In this document: positions 47,101-55,516 of the stretch, in pieces
Position numbering within the stretch: the stretch's first letter is position 1
Layout: every line of letters begins with the position of its first letter
Assembly: GCA_965242865.1 (NCBI GenBank)
Contig: CBDETK010000013.1
Span: 5,152,001 to 5,216,000, forward strand
Direction of reading: 5' to 3'
Source of the DNA: Candidatus Latescibacterota bacterium
Lineage (GTDB): Bacteria; Latescibacterota; UBA2968; UBA8231
Length of the DNA: 64,000 nt
Program-made: the position numbers and the translations under genes
Notes under the pieces: model-generated
Databases searched by the model: none
Seen by the model: only the letters and a program-made list of their open reading frames with translations
Told to the model about the DNA's origin: nothing

Positions 47101-48078
47101 GTCGTAATAGTTCGTCGCAATAGCCGAGAACGTGTCGTTCGCCGCCATCCGCCGCGCAATGTGGTCGCGGACGGGCTTGCGCAAACCATAATCGTCGTAC
47201 CGGGCATCGTTGACCGGCAGCAGATTGCGGTCTTCGGCGTAGAGCACAAACAGCAAGCGATAGAGGAAAATCAGCGCGGCATCCCGGCTCTCGGCGAGGG
47301 TTTGCCCCGACGCCTCAGCTAGCGCATCGACGAGACGGGGAAACACGCGCTCAAACACCACCCCAGAAAGGTCGTGCGCGACCTGTTCCTCATAGCGGCG
47401 ACCCTCGGCCAACGCCGCTTCGAGGAACGTGGTCGTGGCCCCAGCTTGGAGCGCGAAGGACGCACGGCAAAACAGCAGGTGAAAGACGCGGAGATCGTCT
47501 TCCCTGCCGGGCGCGAGCAATTCGCCCAAATCGACTTCAAAGTAGCCGCTGGCACGCGGCCGGGCGCGGTAATCGTAGAGCCGCCAGACCCGGCCATTGG
47601 TCAGAATGCCCCAGCGAACGCGCCCTTCCGACGCGATCTCTGCTGTCGCCAAGTACCGGAGGATTTGCCCGTGCGGCGACCCGCTCCGCTCCCGGCTGTC
47701 AAGCGAAAGCCCAAAGCGTTTGCTCTCTTCAACGACCGCCGCGTAGCCAAGGCGCGCACCGGCATTGCGCTCGGCCGCAGCCTGCTGCTTGGCATCGGCG
47801 TCGGCGAAAAGCAGGTGATCGGGAATGTCCTCGTTGCCCGCTCCGCTCTGCTGCGGCAAATAATCAACCCAGCCGAGCAACGCCAAAACCGGACGGATCA
47901 AGTCCTGCTCGGTCGCCGCTTCGTTGGGCTCTTGGGAACGGCTGAGCGCGTCGTACCGCAGTCGGACGCCATCCCGAAACGCAGCAAACGCCTCCGGCTG
48001 AGCACAAGACGCTTGCCACTCGGCCGTGGCCTTTATGCCGTCGGTGAGGAAGTAATGAGTGAACAGTTGGCCGGGCAT
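44116..48078 (-). CDS. Type IIG restriction-modification enzyme (fused endonuclease-amino-MTase-TRD)
   Basis: IPD...VEESK nuclease motif, WGILTNG, LGSIYERLL, RKDSGSFYT, DPAMGSGHFL, GNPPW, C-terminal TRD-like region. Confidence 0.9.
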   Translation of the reverse strand: MPGQLFTHYFLTDGIKATAEWQASCAQPEAFAAFRDGVRLRYDALSRSQEPNEAATEQDLIRPVLALLGWVDYLPQQSGAGNEDIPDHLLFADADAKQQAAAERNAGARLGYAAVVEESKRFGLSLDSRERSGSPHGQILRYLATAEIASEGRVRWGILTNGRVWRLYDYRARPRASGYFEVDLGELLAPGREDDLRVFHLLFCRASFALQAGATTTFLEAALAEGRRYEEQVAHDLSGVVFERVFPRLVDALAEASGQTLAESRDAALIFLYRLLFVLYAEDRNLLPVNDARYDDYGLRKPVRDHIARRMAANDTFSAIATNYYDHLTTLFKLINQGDESIGLPPYNGGLFAADAAPLLETTRLADAPLAPIIHDLSHVEGRFVNYRDMSVQQLGSIYERLLEREPVRADGNISIRLNPYARKDSGSFYTSQELVDLIVERTLRPLADERLNAFAKKAAALQSDRRSKQERRVELERFDPAVAVLDLKVLDPAMGSGHFLVTAVDFLSDYIAELIERVPAVPEWLDGEYTSPLVGRVAAIRDDIRQRATASNWVLDEAQLTDQAIIRRMVLKRCIYGVDKNRLTVELAKVSLWLHSFTVGAPLSFLDHHLRGGDSLVGLRVRDATDELHRLGGMFAGSAIAGAEMATEGMQRIEEMSDADVAEVQASAALFDGVEKTTADLRGLLNFLCGWRWLTAGMKKQERDAFEGPLGTTIGQHPADAYELLARGPEDDDARFAELWHAARKIANEEGFLHWEVAFPGVWHQWQDRCPQGGFDAVIGNPPWDRIKLQEVEWFASRAPELALAPTAAARRKGIQNLRDQRSSLAAEFDAAKERADTLGRLVRASGDYPLLSGGDINLYSLFVERAMSLIKPDGFVGLLTPSGIYADKTAARFFKSVSTKGQVGGLFDFENKKIFFKDVHASFKFCALILGGEERRFDHAECAFFLHDTKTVHDEDRCFPLTPDDFARVNPNTSTAPVFRRRKDAEITRYIYEWYPVLVNRAGRKERKVWPVRYNTMFHMTNDSHLFRTAEQLDAEGFYPIEGNRWKRGAELYLPLYQGRMIWHFDHRANSVRVNPESTHNPYLSEEVTQAQHADPRFLPQTQYWVPAHNVEKTLPQSRGYALGFRDITNPTNERTVIASIVPWAGYGNTIPLLLSADPLATAYLMANLNAICVDFVARQKAQGTHLNWYIVEQLPVLAPDAYDQKFGHKTARDLVRDHVLRLTYTAHDMAPFARDLGYDGEPFLWDEEERRHLRARLDALYFHLYCLSRDDAEYILDTFPIVRRDDEAAFGTYRTRDMTLAYMNALTAGDTETRVAV

Positions 48079-48099
48079 ATTCTTTTTTCTCTATGAGGC

Positions 48100-48153
48100 G
48101 TCCTTCCCGCAACGGAACGTCACCCCGTGCTCCGATACGGGGCGGGAATCCAG
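48100..48153 (+). repeat. Nested REP-like element, copy 2
   Basis: GTCCTTCCCGCAACGGAACGTCACCCCGTGCTCCGATACGGGGCGGGAATCCAG. Confidence 0.85.
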
Positions 48154-48197
48154 CGAGGGCCTCCTCAAACACAAGCCCCAGCGTTTGCCGACAACTT

Positions 48198-48500
48198 CTA
48201 ATTCCCTTCTAGTTGCCGCTTCCCCTGCTCAAAAACCTCGTCGGCCCATTCTAGCAACTCCTCACCCCACACCACGGCCTCGCTCCCTACCGCTTCAACC
48301 CGTTTCCACCAGTCTGCGTCGTCGCGATCTGTAAAGTACAGGCCGACCAGCAAGACCACCGCGCACACCACCGCGATCTTGAAAACCTTGCGCAGCAAGC
48401 TGCCTAGCAAGACTACCGCGGCCAACAACAACAAGACGCCAATGAACGGGTGCGCCTCCGCATATTCGATGATCGTCTCTAGGGAAAAATCGTCCAGCAT
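48198..48500 (-). CDS. Small membrane protein, hypothetical
   Basis: Two TM helices and an acidic amphipathic tail; RBS AAGGGAG. Confidence 0.7.
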   Translation of the reverse strand: MLDDFSLETIIEYAEAHPFIGVLLLLAAVVLLGSLLRKVFKIAVVCAVVLLVGLYFTDRDDADWWKRVEAVGSEAVVWGEELLEWADEVFEQGKRQLEGN

Positions 48501-48521
48501 AGCCAGCTCCCTTTCCTAAGG

Positions 48522-48549
48522 ATCGAGGGCGGGACGCCCTCGATCCCGG
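48522..48549. repeat. REP-like palindrome, copy 2
   Basis: ATCGAGGGCGGGACGCCCTCGATCCCGG is the reverse complement of 35277-35304. Confidence 0.85.
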
Positions 48550-48615
48550 TCGCATCAGGAACACCAGAAAAGGTATGTGCAAAGTAAGTGTCGCGTACTT
48601 AGGCCAGCTCCTAAA

Positions 48616-50046
48616 TCAGGCCAACGACGCAAACTCCCATTCCTCCAATGCCACCATCTCGTCCACCGCCACCGGCATCCCCACGCCCAAACCCGCCACT
48701 TGCAGCGATTCCACCGCAATTTTTCCTCCCCGCACATCGAGGGCCACCAACCCGCTTTCTACCTCCCGATAGAGCGGCCCATGCGCGACCAAGCAGGTCG
48801 CCTGCTCGTGCGCGGTCAGGTGATCCAACCCCCGCACGTAGTGATGCCCGTTGCGTTCGACATGCTCGATTCCCAGCGCGGCCACATGCGCCAAATCTTG
48901 GTGCAGCGACACCACCGGCAGGTTCATTAGGTCCTCGCCCGAAAGGAAACAACCCTCTCGCCGCCGCGCCAACGCCTGATTCGCCAGTGCCTTGACCAGC
49001 CCTTTGCACGCCTTGGACGAAACGCCTTTGTAGCCCAACGCCAAGGCTTGGCGGAAGGTGTCCAACGCGTCGTCCGACTCGTCGATGAGCAAGGGACGCC
49101 GCGCCGCCGCGGCGCGAATGCCCGCTTCTAAGGCCGCGTCCAACGCCACGCTCCGCTCCAGCGGTTGCTCAACGTAGAGGACGCGCTCGTACAGCCGCGG
49201 CTGTTTGGCTGCAAGAGCATCGAGCAAGCCAATGAGCGAGTCCAGCTCTCGATATTGCTCGTTGCCATCGAGCGTGATCTGGTACTCGGCAGCGCGGCCG
49301 TCCAACAGCTCGGCAATTGCGGCCAACCGCGCCAAATCGGTCGCCAAATCGCCGTTTACCTTGACCTTGAAGTACGTCAGCCCTTGGCGCTCGACGCAAT
49401 CGGCCAGCGACTGGGGCAACCCGTCGTCCAACCGCTCTTCGGGCGCAACATCGCTAATCGGATCGGCCAATCCCACCGTGTGCCGCACGTGTAGCTGCCT
49501 CAGCGGCGTCGCCCCGATCACTTGGCCGGGCGTCACCCCTTGCAGCTCGGGGTGAATCGCCCCCAACTCCAAGCCGAGGAGATTGGCCTTGAGCAACTCA
49601 AAGTAGCTCGCGCCCACCCCGCAGCCCACCGCGTCGATCAGGGCGCGCTCCATGAGCGTACTGCCGTGGACGGCCGTCAACCGATTCAGGCCGTGCGCGT
49701 CGCCCGCGGATACCGTCTGCGCGTACCCGGCTTGCCAGATCGCAAAGAAGGGCTGGGGAGATCTCGCCGCATCCAAATACGCCGACCGCGCCGACCGTGC
49801 CGCCCACAGCAAGTCGGCGACATTGTCTTGGTAGCTTTTGGCCGGGTCCTTGTCAAACCACTTCGGCGGGAGGATGTCGGCGGCCACCCCTCGTACCGGA
49901 GTGCCGTTTTTTAACGCGCCCTGAGCTACCACGTGGAGAATCGGCACGGCGGTCAGCACGGCCGCGCCGTATTTGAAGGGCATGCGGGTATGCACATTCC
50001 GCATGTAAAACCGCACATCTTCGAGCCTTATTTCTACGGCACTCAC
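48616..50046 (-). CDS. Uncharacterised enolase-superfamily protein, paralog 2
   Basis: RMPFKYG, PKWFDK, RHTVGL.D, YFKVKV, LDGNEQ, EQP, IDESD, SSKACKG, ERNGHHY motifs. Confidence 0.8.
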   Translation of the reverse strand: MSAVEIRLEDVRFYMRNVHTRMPFKYGAAVLTAVPILHVVAQGALKNGTPVRGVAADILPPKWFDKDPAKSYQDNVADLLWAARSARSAYLDAARSPQPFFAIWQAGYAQTVSAGDAHGLNRLTAVHGSTLMERALIDAVGCGVGASYFELLKANLLGLELGAIHPELQGVTPGQVIGATPLRQLHVRHTVGLADPISDVAPEERLDDGLPQSLADCVERQGLTYFKVKVNGDLATDLARLAAIAELLDGRAAEYQITLDGNEQYRELDSLIGLLDALAAKQPRLYERVLYVEQPLERSVALDAALEAGIRAAAARRPLLIDESDDALDTFRQALALGYKGVSSKACKGLVKALANQALARRREGCFLSGEDLMNLPVVSLHQDLAHVAALGIEHVERNGHHYVRGLDHLTAHEQATCLVAHGPLYREVESGLVALDVRGGKIAVESLQVAGLGVGMPVAVDEMVALEEWEFASLA

Positions 50047-51470
50047 GAGAGTCGCGCCTCCTCAAGCGGCTGCATGGCCGCACCATTGACCGCGCCCTCC
50101 ACCCCGAGACCCGGCCGTTGCAGGGAGCCGACCGCGATTTGGCCGGCGCGAATGTCTAAAAAGCCGCTTTGGCTCTCAAAACGGTACAGGTCGCCGTGCC
50201 GCTCCGAGCACCACGCCCGCTCCGCTGCCGACAAGTGGTCCAGCCCCCGCACGTAGTGGTGCCCATTGCGCTCGACATGCCCGATTCCCAGCGCGGCCAC
50301 GTGCGCCAAATCTTGGTGCAGCGACACCACCGGCACCGCGGTCAAATCCTCGGCCGAGACAAAGCAGGGGCGGCCCGCAGCCGTGCGCTGCCAAGCGAGC
50401 GCGTAGTTGGCCAGTGCCTTGACCAACCCTTTGCAAGACTTGGACGAGACGCCGCTGTACCCCAAGTCCAAGGCGAGGCCGAAGGAACCCAAGGACCCGT
50501 CCGACTCGTCGATCAGCAGGGGGCGTTTCCTCGCCAAAACCCGGATGTCTCTCGCGAGCGCGGGGTTGAGGGAAAGGGCGCGGTCCATGGGCTGCTCAAC
50601 GTAGAGAATGCGGTGGTAAAACGCCCCTAACCCCTTTTCAATCCGCTCTAACAAGTCGAACAAATCGACCGCGTCGCTGTACTGTTCATTGCCGTCGAGC
50701 GTGATGTGGTACTCCACGCCGCTTTCGTCCAAAAGCGCGGCGATCTCCGCCAAACGCTCAAAATCGGCCGCCGGGTCGCCGCCGATCTTGAGCTTGAAAT
50801 AGCGCAGGCCCTGCCCCTCAAGGCACTCCTCCAAGGACTGGGGCAACCCGTCGTCCAACCGCTCCTCGGGCGCAATCGCAGCCGTGCGGATGGGATCGAC
50901 CAAGCCGACCGTGTGGCGGACGTACAGGGAGCGCAACGGAGTAGCCGGCAGCACGGTCGCGAGCTCCAACCCCGCTAACTCTGGGTGAATTTTCTCCAGC
51001 GCCAACCCGAGGACATTGCCCTGCAACATCTCGAAATAGGGCTGCTCCAGCGCGATCCCCAAGCCGTCGATGAGCGCCCGCTCCATCAGGGCCGCGCCGT
51101 TGGACGCCAGCAGGTCATTCGCGCCCCGCGCCCGACCCCACGCCCGACTAGCCTCGTAACCCGCCTCCCATATTGCAAATGGAGTCTCGCCAGTGCGACC
51201 TGCCTCCCGATAAGCGGCTGCGGCCGCACGCGCTCCATCCACCAAGTCGCGGATGCCATCGGCCATCGTCTTGCTTGGGTCTTTGTCGAACCATTTAGGC
51301 GACAGCATGTCTGCGGCCCAGCCCCGCGCCCGACGACCATTGCCCAGCTCTAGGTCCATGGCCATGTGCAGCGCGGTCAGGCTATCGGCGACCACGTTGC
51401 CGAACTTAAACGGCATCCGCATCCGCATCGCACGCACGTAAAACTCAATGTCTTTAATCGCCACTAACAT
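50043..51470 (-). CDS. Uncharacterised enolase-superfamily protein, paralog 1
   Basis: Same motif set as paralog 2; ATG at 51470 (MLVAIKDIEF) overlaps the argH end. Confidence 0.8.
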   Translation of the reverse strand: MLVAIKDIEFYVRAMRMRMPFKFGNVVADSLTALHMAMDLELGNGRRARGWAADMLSPKWFDKDPSKTMADGIRDLVDGARAAAAAYREAGRTGETPFAIWEAGYEASRAWGRARGANDLLASNGAALMERALIDGLGIALEQPYFEMLQGNVLGLALEKIHPELAGLELATVLPATPLRSLYVRHTVGLVDPIRTAAIAPEERLDDGLPQSLEECLEGQGLRYFKLKIGGDPAADFERLAEIAALLDESGVEYHITLDGNEQYSDAVDLFDLLERIEKGLGAFYHRILYVEQPMDRALSLNPALARDIRVLARKRPLLIDESDGSLGSFGLALDLGYSGVSSKSCKGLVKALANYALAWQRTAAGRPCFVSAEDLTAVPVVSLHQDLAHVAALGIGHVERNGHHYVRGLDHLSAAERAWCSERHGDLYRFESQSGFLDIRAGQIAVGSLQRPGLGVEGAVNGAAMQPLEEARLS

Positions 51471-52861
51471 TCGGCTTGGGACGCGGCCCAGGCCCGCCGC
51501 GCCTTCTCCATCTGTTCGGCCACGGCTTGGGGGCCTGTGCCGCCCTCTATATTGCGGCGTTCCAAACTGTGCCGCACGTCGAGCAGGCCGAGGGCGTCCG
51601 CGCCAAAGTCCGCGCTGTGGGCGCGCAGATCGTCCAAGCAGAGGTCGGTCAGCGCCCGGCCTTGCTCCAGCGAGGCCCGCACCAAGCGGCCGACGACGCC
51701 ATGGGCCTCGCGGAAAGGCACCCCTCGGCCCACTAAGTAGTCGGCCAAATCCGTGGCCAAGGCCGTGGAATCCACCGCGGACTCCATCCGCTCGACGCGC
51801 AATTCCATGCTTTCCCACACACCGGCGAAAACCGCTAGGCAAAGGGCCGCCGTTTCCAGCGCGTCAAAGAGCGGCTCTTTGTCCTCTTGCAGATCCTTGG
51901 CGTACGTCAACGGCACGGCCTTCATCGTCGTCAGCAGCGCCATGAGGCTGCCGTACACCCGGCCGGTCTTGCCGCGCACCAGTTCCAGCGCGTCTGGATT
52001 TTTCTTTTGCGGCATCATGCTAGAGCCGGTGGCAAAGTGATCGTGGAGCTCGACAAAGCCAAACTCGGCCGACGACCAGACGATCAAATCCTCGCAGAAG
52101 CGGCTCAAGTGCATCATGAGGATCGCCAGCGCGGCTAGGGTCTCTAGCAAAAAATCGCGGTCGCTGACCGCGTCGAGGCTGTTGGGGGTCACCTGCGAAA
52201 ACCCGAGTTCGCGGGCGAGGAATGCCCGGTCGAGCGGAAACGCGCTGCCGGCCAACGCCCCGGAACCCAACGGCAAAGCGTCGGCTCGCCGCCAAGCGTC
52301 TCCCAGCCGCTCGCGGTCGCGCTCCAACATCCAAAACAGCGCCAGCGCGTAGTGGGGAAAGAGAATGGGTTGGGCCTGCTGGACGTGGGTGTACCCGGGC
52401 AGCACCACGCGGCTGTGCTGCCCGCCCGACGCGATCAGCACGCCTTGCAGGTGGCGAAGGTGCGCTTGGAGCGATGCGATCTCGCCCCGCAGGTAGAGCC
52501 GCTCATCTAGGTTTACTTGGTCGTTGCGGCTGCGCCCGGTGTGCAGCTTGCCCCCGACCGGCCCGATCAGCTCGGTCAGCCGCTTCTCCACCGCCATGTG
52601 GATGTCTTCGAGCGCGTCCGGGAGCGCGCAGTCCGGGGCTGAAAACTCTTCCTGCACCTGCTTTAGCCCGGCTTCGGTTTGCTCCAGCTCCCCAGCGGTG
52701 AGCACGCCGGCCCGCTGCAGGGCGCGGGCGTAGGCCACGCTGCCGGCAACATCGGCCTCCAACAGCTTGCGGTCGAAGCCAATTGAGGCGTTGAACCGCT
52801 CCATCAGCTCGGCCGGTGCCCCCCGAAACCGACCGCCCCAAGGCGTTTGCACCTCGGCCAT
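51464..52861 (-). CDS. argH: Argininosuccinate lyase
   Basis: WGGRF, EDIH, LHTGRSRNDQ, GSSMMPQKKNPD motifs. Confidence 0.97.
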   Translation of the reverse strand: MAEVQTPWGGRFRGAPAELMERFNASIGFDRKLLEADVAGSVAYARALQRAGVLTAGELEQTEAGLKQVQEEFSAPDCALPDALEDIHMAVEKRLTELIGPVGGKLHTGRSRNDQVNLDERLYLRGEIASLQAHLRHLQGVLIASGGQHSRVVLPGYTHVQQAQPILFPHYALALFWMLERDRERLGDAWRRADALPLGSGALAGSAFPLDRAFLARELGFSQVTPNSLDAVSDRDFLLETLAALAILMMHLSRFCEDLIVWSSAEFGFVELHDHFATGSSMMPQKKNPDALELVRGKTGRVYGSLMALLTTMKAVPLTYAKDLQEDKEPLFDALETAALCLAVFAGVWESMELRVERMESAVDSTALATDLADYLVGRGVPFREAHGVVGRLVRASLEQGRALTDLCLDDLRAHSADFGADALGLLDVRHSLERRNIEGGTGPQAVAEQMEKARRAWAASQAEC

Positions 52862-54057
52862 CAGACCCCTTGGCGCAAGATCTCGTCGAATACATCTACC
52901 GCTTCGTCGAGGCGGTCGCGCTCGACGACTAGCGGCGGCAGGAAGCGCACCACATCGGCCCCGGCCGTGGCCACCAAGATGGCGCGCTGGCGGAAGGCGG
53001 CCAGATAGCCGGCGGCTGGCTGGCTGGTGACCGCACCGGCGATCAGCCCTTGGCCGCGGATTTCGGTAATGTGCTCAGGCCAGCGCTGTTGCAGCTTTTG
53101 CAGGCGGCCAATGAGGTGCTCGCCTTTTTCGCGCACCCCGTCGATAAAGCCCGGTTCGAGCAGCTTGCCCAAGACGGCGGTCGCCGCCGCACAGGCTACG
53201 GGATTGGCGCCGAAAGTCGCGGCGTGGTCACCGGCCTCGATGGCGTCGGCCACCTGCTGCCGCAACAGCGCTACGCCGATGGGCAAGCCGCCGCCGAGGG
53301 CCTTGGCCAAGGTCATAATATCCGGCTCCACCTCGTATTGTTGATAGGCCCACAGCGAGCCTAAGCGCCCGCAGCCCACTTGGATCTCGTCGAAAACGAG
53401 CAGCATCCCCCGCTCGTCGCACAGACGCCGCAGCCCAGCGAGAAATTCCCGCGTCGCGGCGTGGATGCCGCCCTCGGCCTGCAATGGCTCGACCAAAATC
53501 GCGCAGGTCTGCTCCGTGACCAGTGCCTCCACAGAGGCCAAATCGTTGAATTGGGCGAAGGCAATGCCCGGCAGCAGCGGCTCAAAGCCCCGGTGGTACT
53601 TGGGCTGGCCGGTCGTCGAGATGGAGCCATAGGTCCGGCCGTGAAAGGAATTTTCAAAGGCGATGAGGTGGTTTTTGGGCGGGTCGTGGGTGGTGTTGCC
53701 CCACTTGCGGCAGAACTTGAGCGAAGCCTCCCACGCCTCAGTGCCGCTGTTGCAGAAAAACACTCGGTCGGCAAACGAGTGCTCGACCAACTGCTGCGCC
53801 ACCGTTACCGAAGGGATGGTGTGGTAGAGGTTTGACACGTGCATCAGCTTGGCGGCTTGGGTCTCAATGGCCTTGAGGACCTCGTAGTCGCCGTAGCCCA
53901 ACGCATTGACCGCCAAGCCGCTGACAAAATCGAGATAGCGGTTGCCGTCTAGGTCGAAGAGATAGACCCCATTGCCCCGCTCTAGTACGAACTCGGGCCG
54001 GCCGTAGGTCTGCAAAATGTATTGCGCTTCGCCCTTGATGATGTCTTCGGTTTTCAT
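52861..54057 (-). CDS. argD: Acetylornithine aminotransferase
   Basis: FFCNSGTEA, SFHGRT, DEIQVG.GR, TLAKALGGG motifs; ATG after GGAG. Confidence 0.93.
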   Translation of the reverse strand: MKTEDIIKGEAQYILQTYGRPEFVLERGNGVYLFDLDGNRYLDFVSGLAVNALGYGDYEVLKAIETQAAKLMHVSNLYHTIPSVTVAQQLVEHSFADRVFFCNSGTEAWEASLKFCRKWGNTTHDPPKNHLIAFENSFHGRTYGSISTTGQPKYHRGFEPLLPGIAFAQFNDLASVEALVTEQTCAILVEPLQAEGGIHAATREFLAGLRRLCDERGMLLVFDEIQVGCGRLGSLWAYQQYEVEPDIMTLAKALGGGLPIGVALLRQQVADAIEAGDHAATFGANPVACAAATAVLGKLLEPGFIDGVREKGEHLIGRLQKLQQRWPEHITEIRGQGLIAGAVTSQPAAGYLAAFRQRAILVATAGADVVRFLPPLVVERDRLDEAVDVFDEILRQGV

Positions 54058-54074
54058 GGTTTTCTCCGTTGTCC

Positions 54075-54962
54075 CTACTGGACGATTTGGGTGCCAATAC
54101 CCTGCCGGGTGTAGAACTCGAGCAACATCGCATGCGGCACGCGCCCATCGACGACGTGGATTTTGCGCACCCCGGCTTTGACCGACTTGACCCCGGCTTC
54201 GACCTTGGGAATCATGCCGCCGTAAATCACCCCGCGGTCGATTAGCTCGCCCACCTCGCAGACGCGCACGGTGGACAGCAGGGACGCATCGTCTTTGAGA
54301 TCGCACATAATGCCCTGCACATCCGTTAAAAAAACCAATTTCTCCGCGTGCAACGCCGCGGCGATTTCCCCGGCCGCCGTATCGGCATTGACGTTGAAGC
54401 TCTCGCCCTGCGGGCCGCGGCCAATCGGCGCGACCACCGGGATCATGCCCTTGTCTATCAGGCCCAACAAAGGCGCGGTATCCACGTGCTCCACATCGCC
54501 GACATAGCCGATGTCCAGGGGGCCGCCCGCGGTTTGCGCCCAGTGCTTGCGCACCTGCATGACCCCGGCGTCCTTGGCCGAGACGCCCACGGCCCGCCCG
54601 CCCAACTCCCCGATCGCGCAGACGATGCGAGCGTTGACCTCGCCAAATAGCACATCCTCGACCACCCTCATCGTCGCCGTGTCCGTCACCCGCAACCCAT
54701 CTACGCGCCGGCTCTCAATGCCCACGGCTTGCAACCGGCGCGTGATGGCCGGGCCGCCGCCGTGGACCACGACCGGGCAGATGCCGACCGCCTGCATGAA
54801 GACGATGTCCTTGTGGACGGTGTCCCCGCTGCCCATCGCGCTGCCGCCGTATTTGACGACCATCACTTTGCCGCGGAATTCCCGTAGGTACGGCAGGGCC
54901 TCGATCAGGGTCTCGGCTTTGCCGATCTGGCCCTGCAAGTCCAGCAAGACCTCGGCGTCCAT
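54075..54962 (-). CDS. argB: Acetylglutamate kinase
   Basis: VVKYGGSAM, VHGGGP, GLRVTD, NVNAD, GGMIPKV motifs. Confidence 0.96.
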   Translation of the reverse strand: MDAEVLLDLQGQIGKAETLIEALPYLREFRGKVMVVKYGGSAMGSGDTVHKDIVFMQAVGICPVVVHGGGPAITRRLQAVGIESRRVDGLRVTDTATMRVVEDVLFGEVNARIVCAIGELGGRAVGVSAKDAGVMQVRKHWAQTAGGPLDIGYVGDVEHVDTAPLLGLIDKGMIPVVAPIGRGPQGESFNVNADTAAGEIAAALHAEKLVFLTDVQGIMCDLKDDASLLSTVRVCEVGELIDRGVIYGGMIPKVEAGVKSVKAGVRKIHVVDGRVPHAMLLEFYTRQGIGTQIVQ

Positions 54963-55429
54963 CACTCCGCCTCGCCGCATACCGCGTCGATCTTGGCGAC
55001 CAATGTAGCCGCATCTCGCTGGGAACGGGTGACGACGAAGATCATGTTTTCGCCGGCCAGCGTGCCCGCGACTTCGGCCCAACCAATGCGATCAATGGCC
55101 TCGCAGACGCTCTGGGCGTGTCCCGACGCGGTCCGCACCAAGACCATGTTGATCACCTGTTCGGCTTGGACCAAGAAGTCCTGCAACTCTCGCTCTAGAA
55201 TGTGCAGGTCGCGCAGCGTAGCCCCGGCTTCGGGCAGCGTGTAGCGAAACCCTCCGTTGGCCTGCGGCACCCGGACCACGCCTATTTCGCGCAAGTCTTT
55301 CGACAAGGTCGACTGGCTGACCCCAATGCCCTGTTGCTGAAGGACCTCGGCCAATTTCTCGTGCGTATCAATGGCTTTGCTGGAAAGCAATTCCCGTATG
55401 CGGGTCTGCCGCATCTGTTTATTACGCAT
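54962..55429 (-). CDS. argR: Arginine repressor
   Basis: SQSTLSKDLREIG winged helix; GTLAGE arginine-binding region. Confidence 0.92.
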   Translation of the reverse strand: MRNKQMRQTRIRELLSSKAIDTHEKLAEVLQQQGIGVSQSTLSKDLREIGVVRVPQANGGFRYTLPEAGATLRDLHILERELQDFLVQAEQVINMVLVRTASGHAQSVCEAIDRIGWAEVAGTLAGENMIFVVTRSQRDAATLVAKIDAVCGEAE

Positions 55430-55495
55430 AATTTTTATTATTTAATTGAAATAAAAATTTCAAATTAGAGTAGAGTACCGGCGGGCCGGTGTCAA
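55430..55495 (-). promoter_or_regulatory. argR operon promoter and candidate operator
   Basis: TTGACA(55495-90)-N17-TACTCT(55472-67); AT-rich palindrome TTGAAAT-N4-ATTTCAA at 55446-55463. Confidence 0.7.
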
Positions 55496-55516
55496 GCAGG
55501 AGTCGCTGCCTACGGC

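Noticed and set aside
51471-51842. N-terminal extension making a 599-aa ORF (similar extensions at 52861-54306, 54075-55082, 12056, 32198 and 35329)
   Set aside because: These extensions overlap upstream genes or promoters. Homology begins at the downstream starts used in the feature list.
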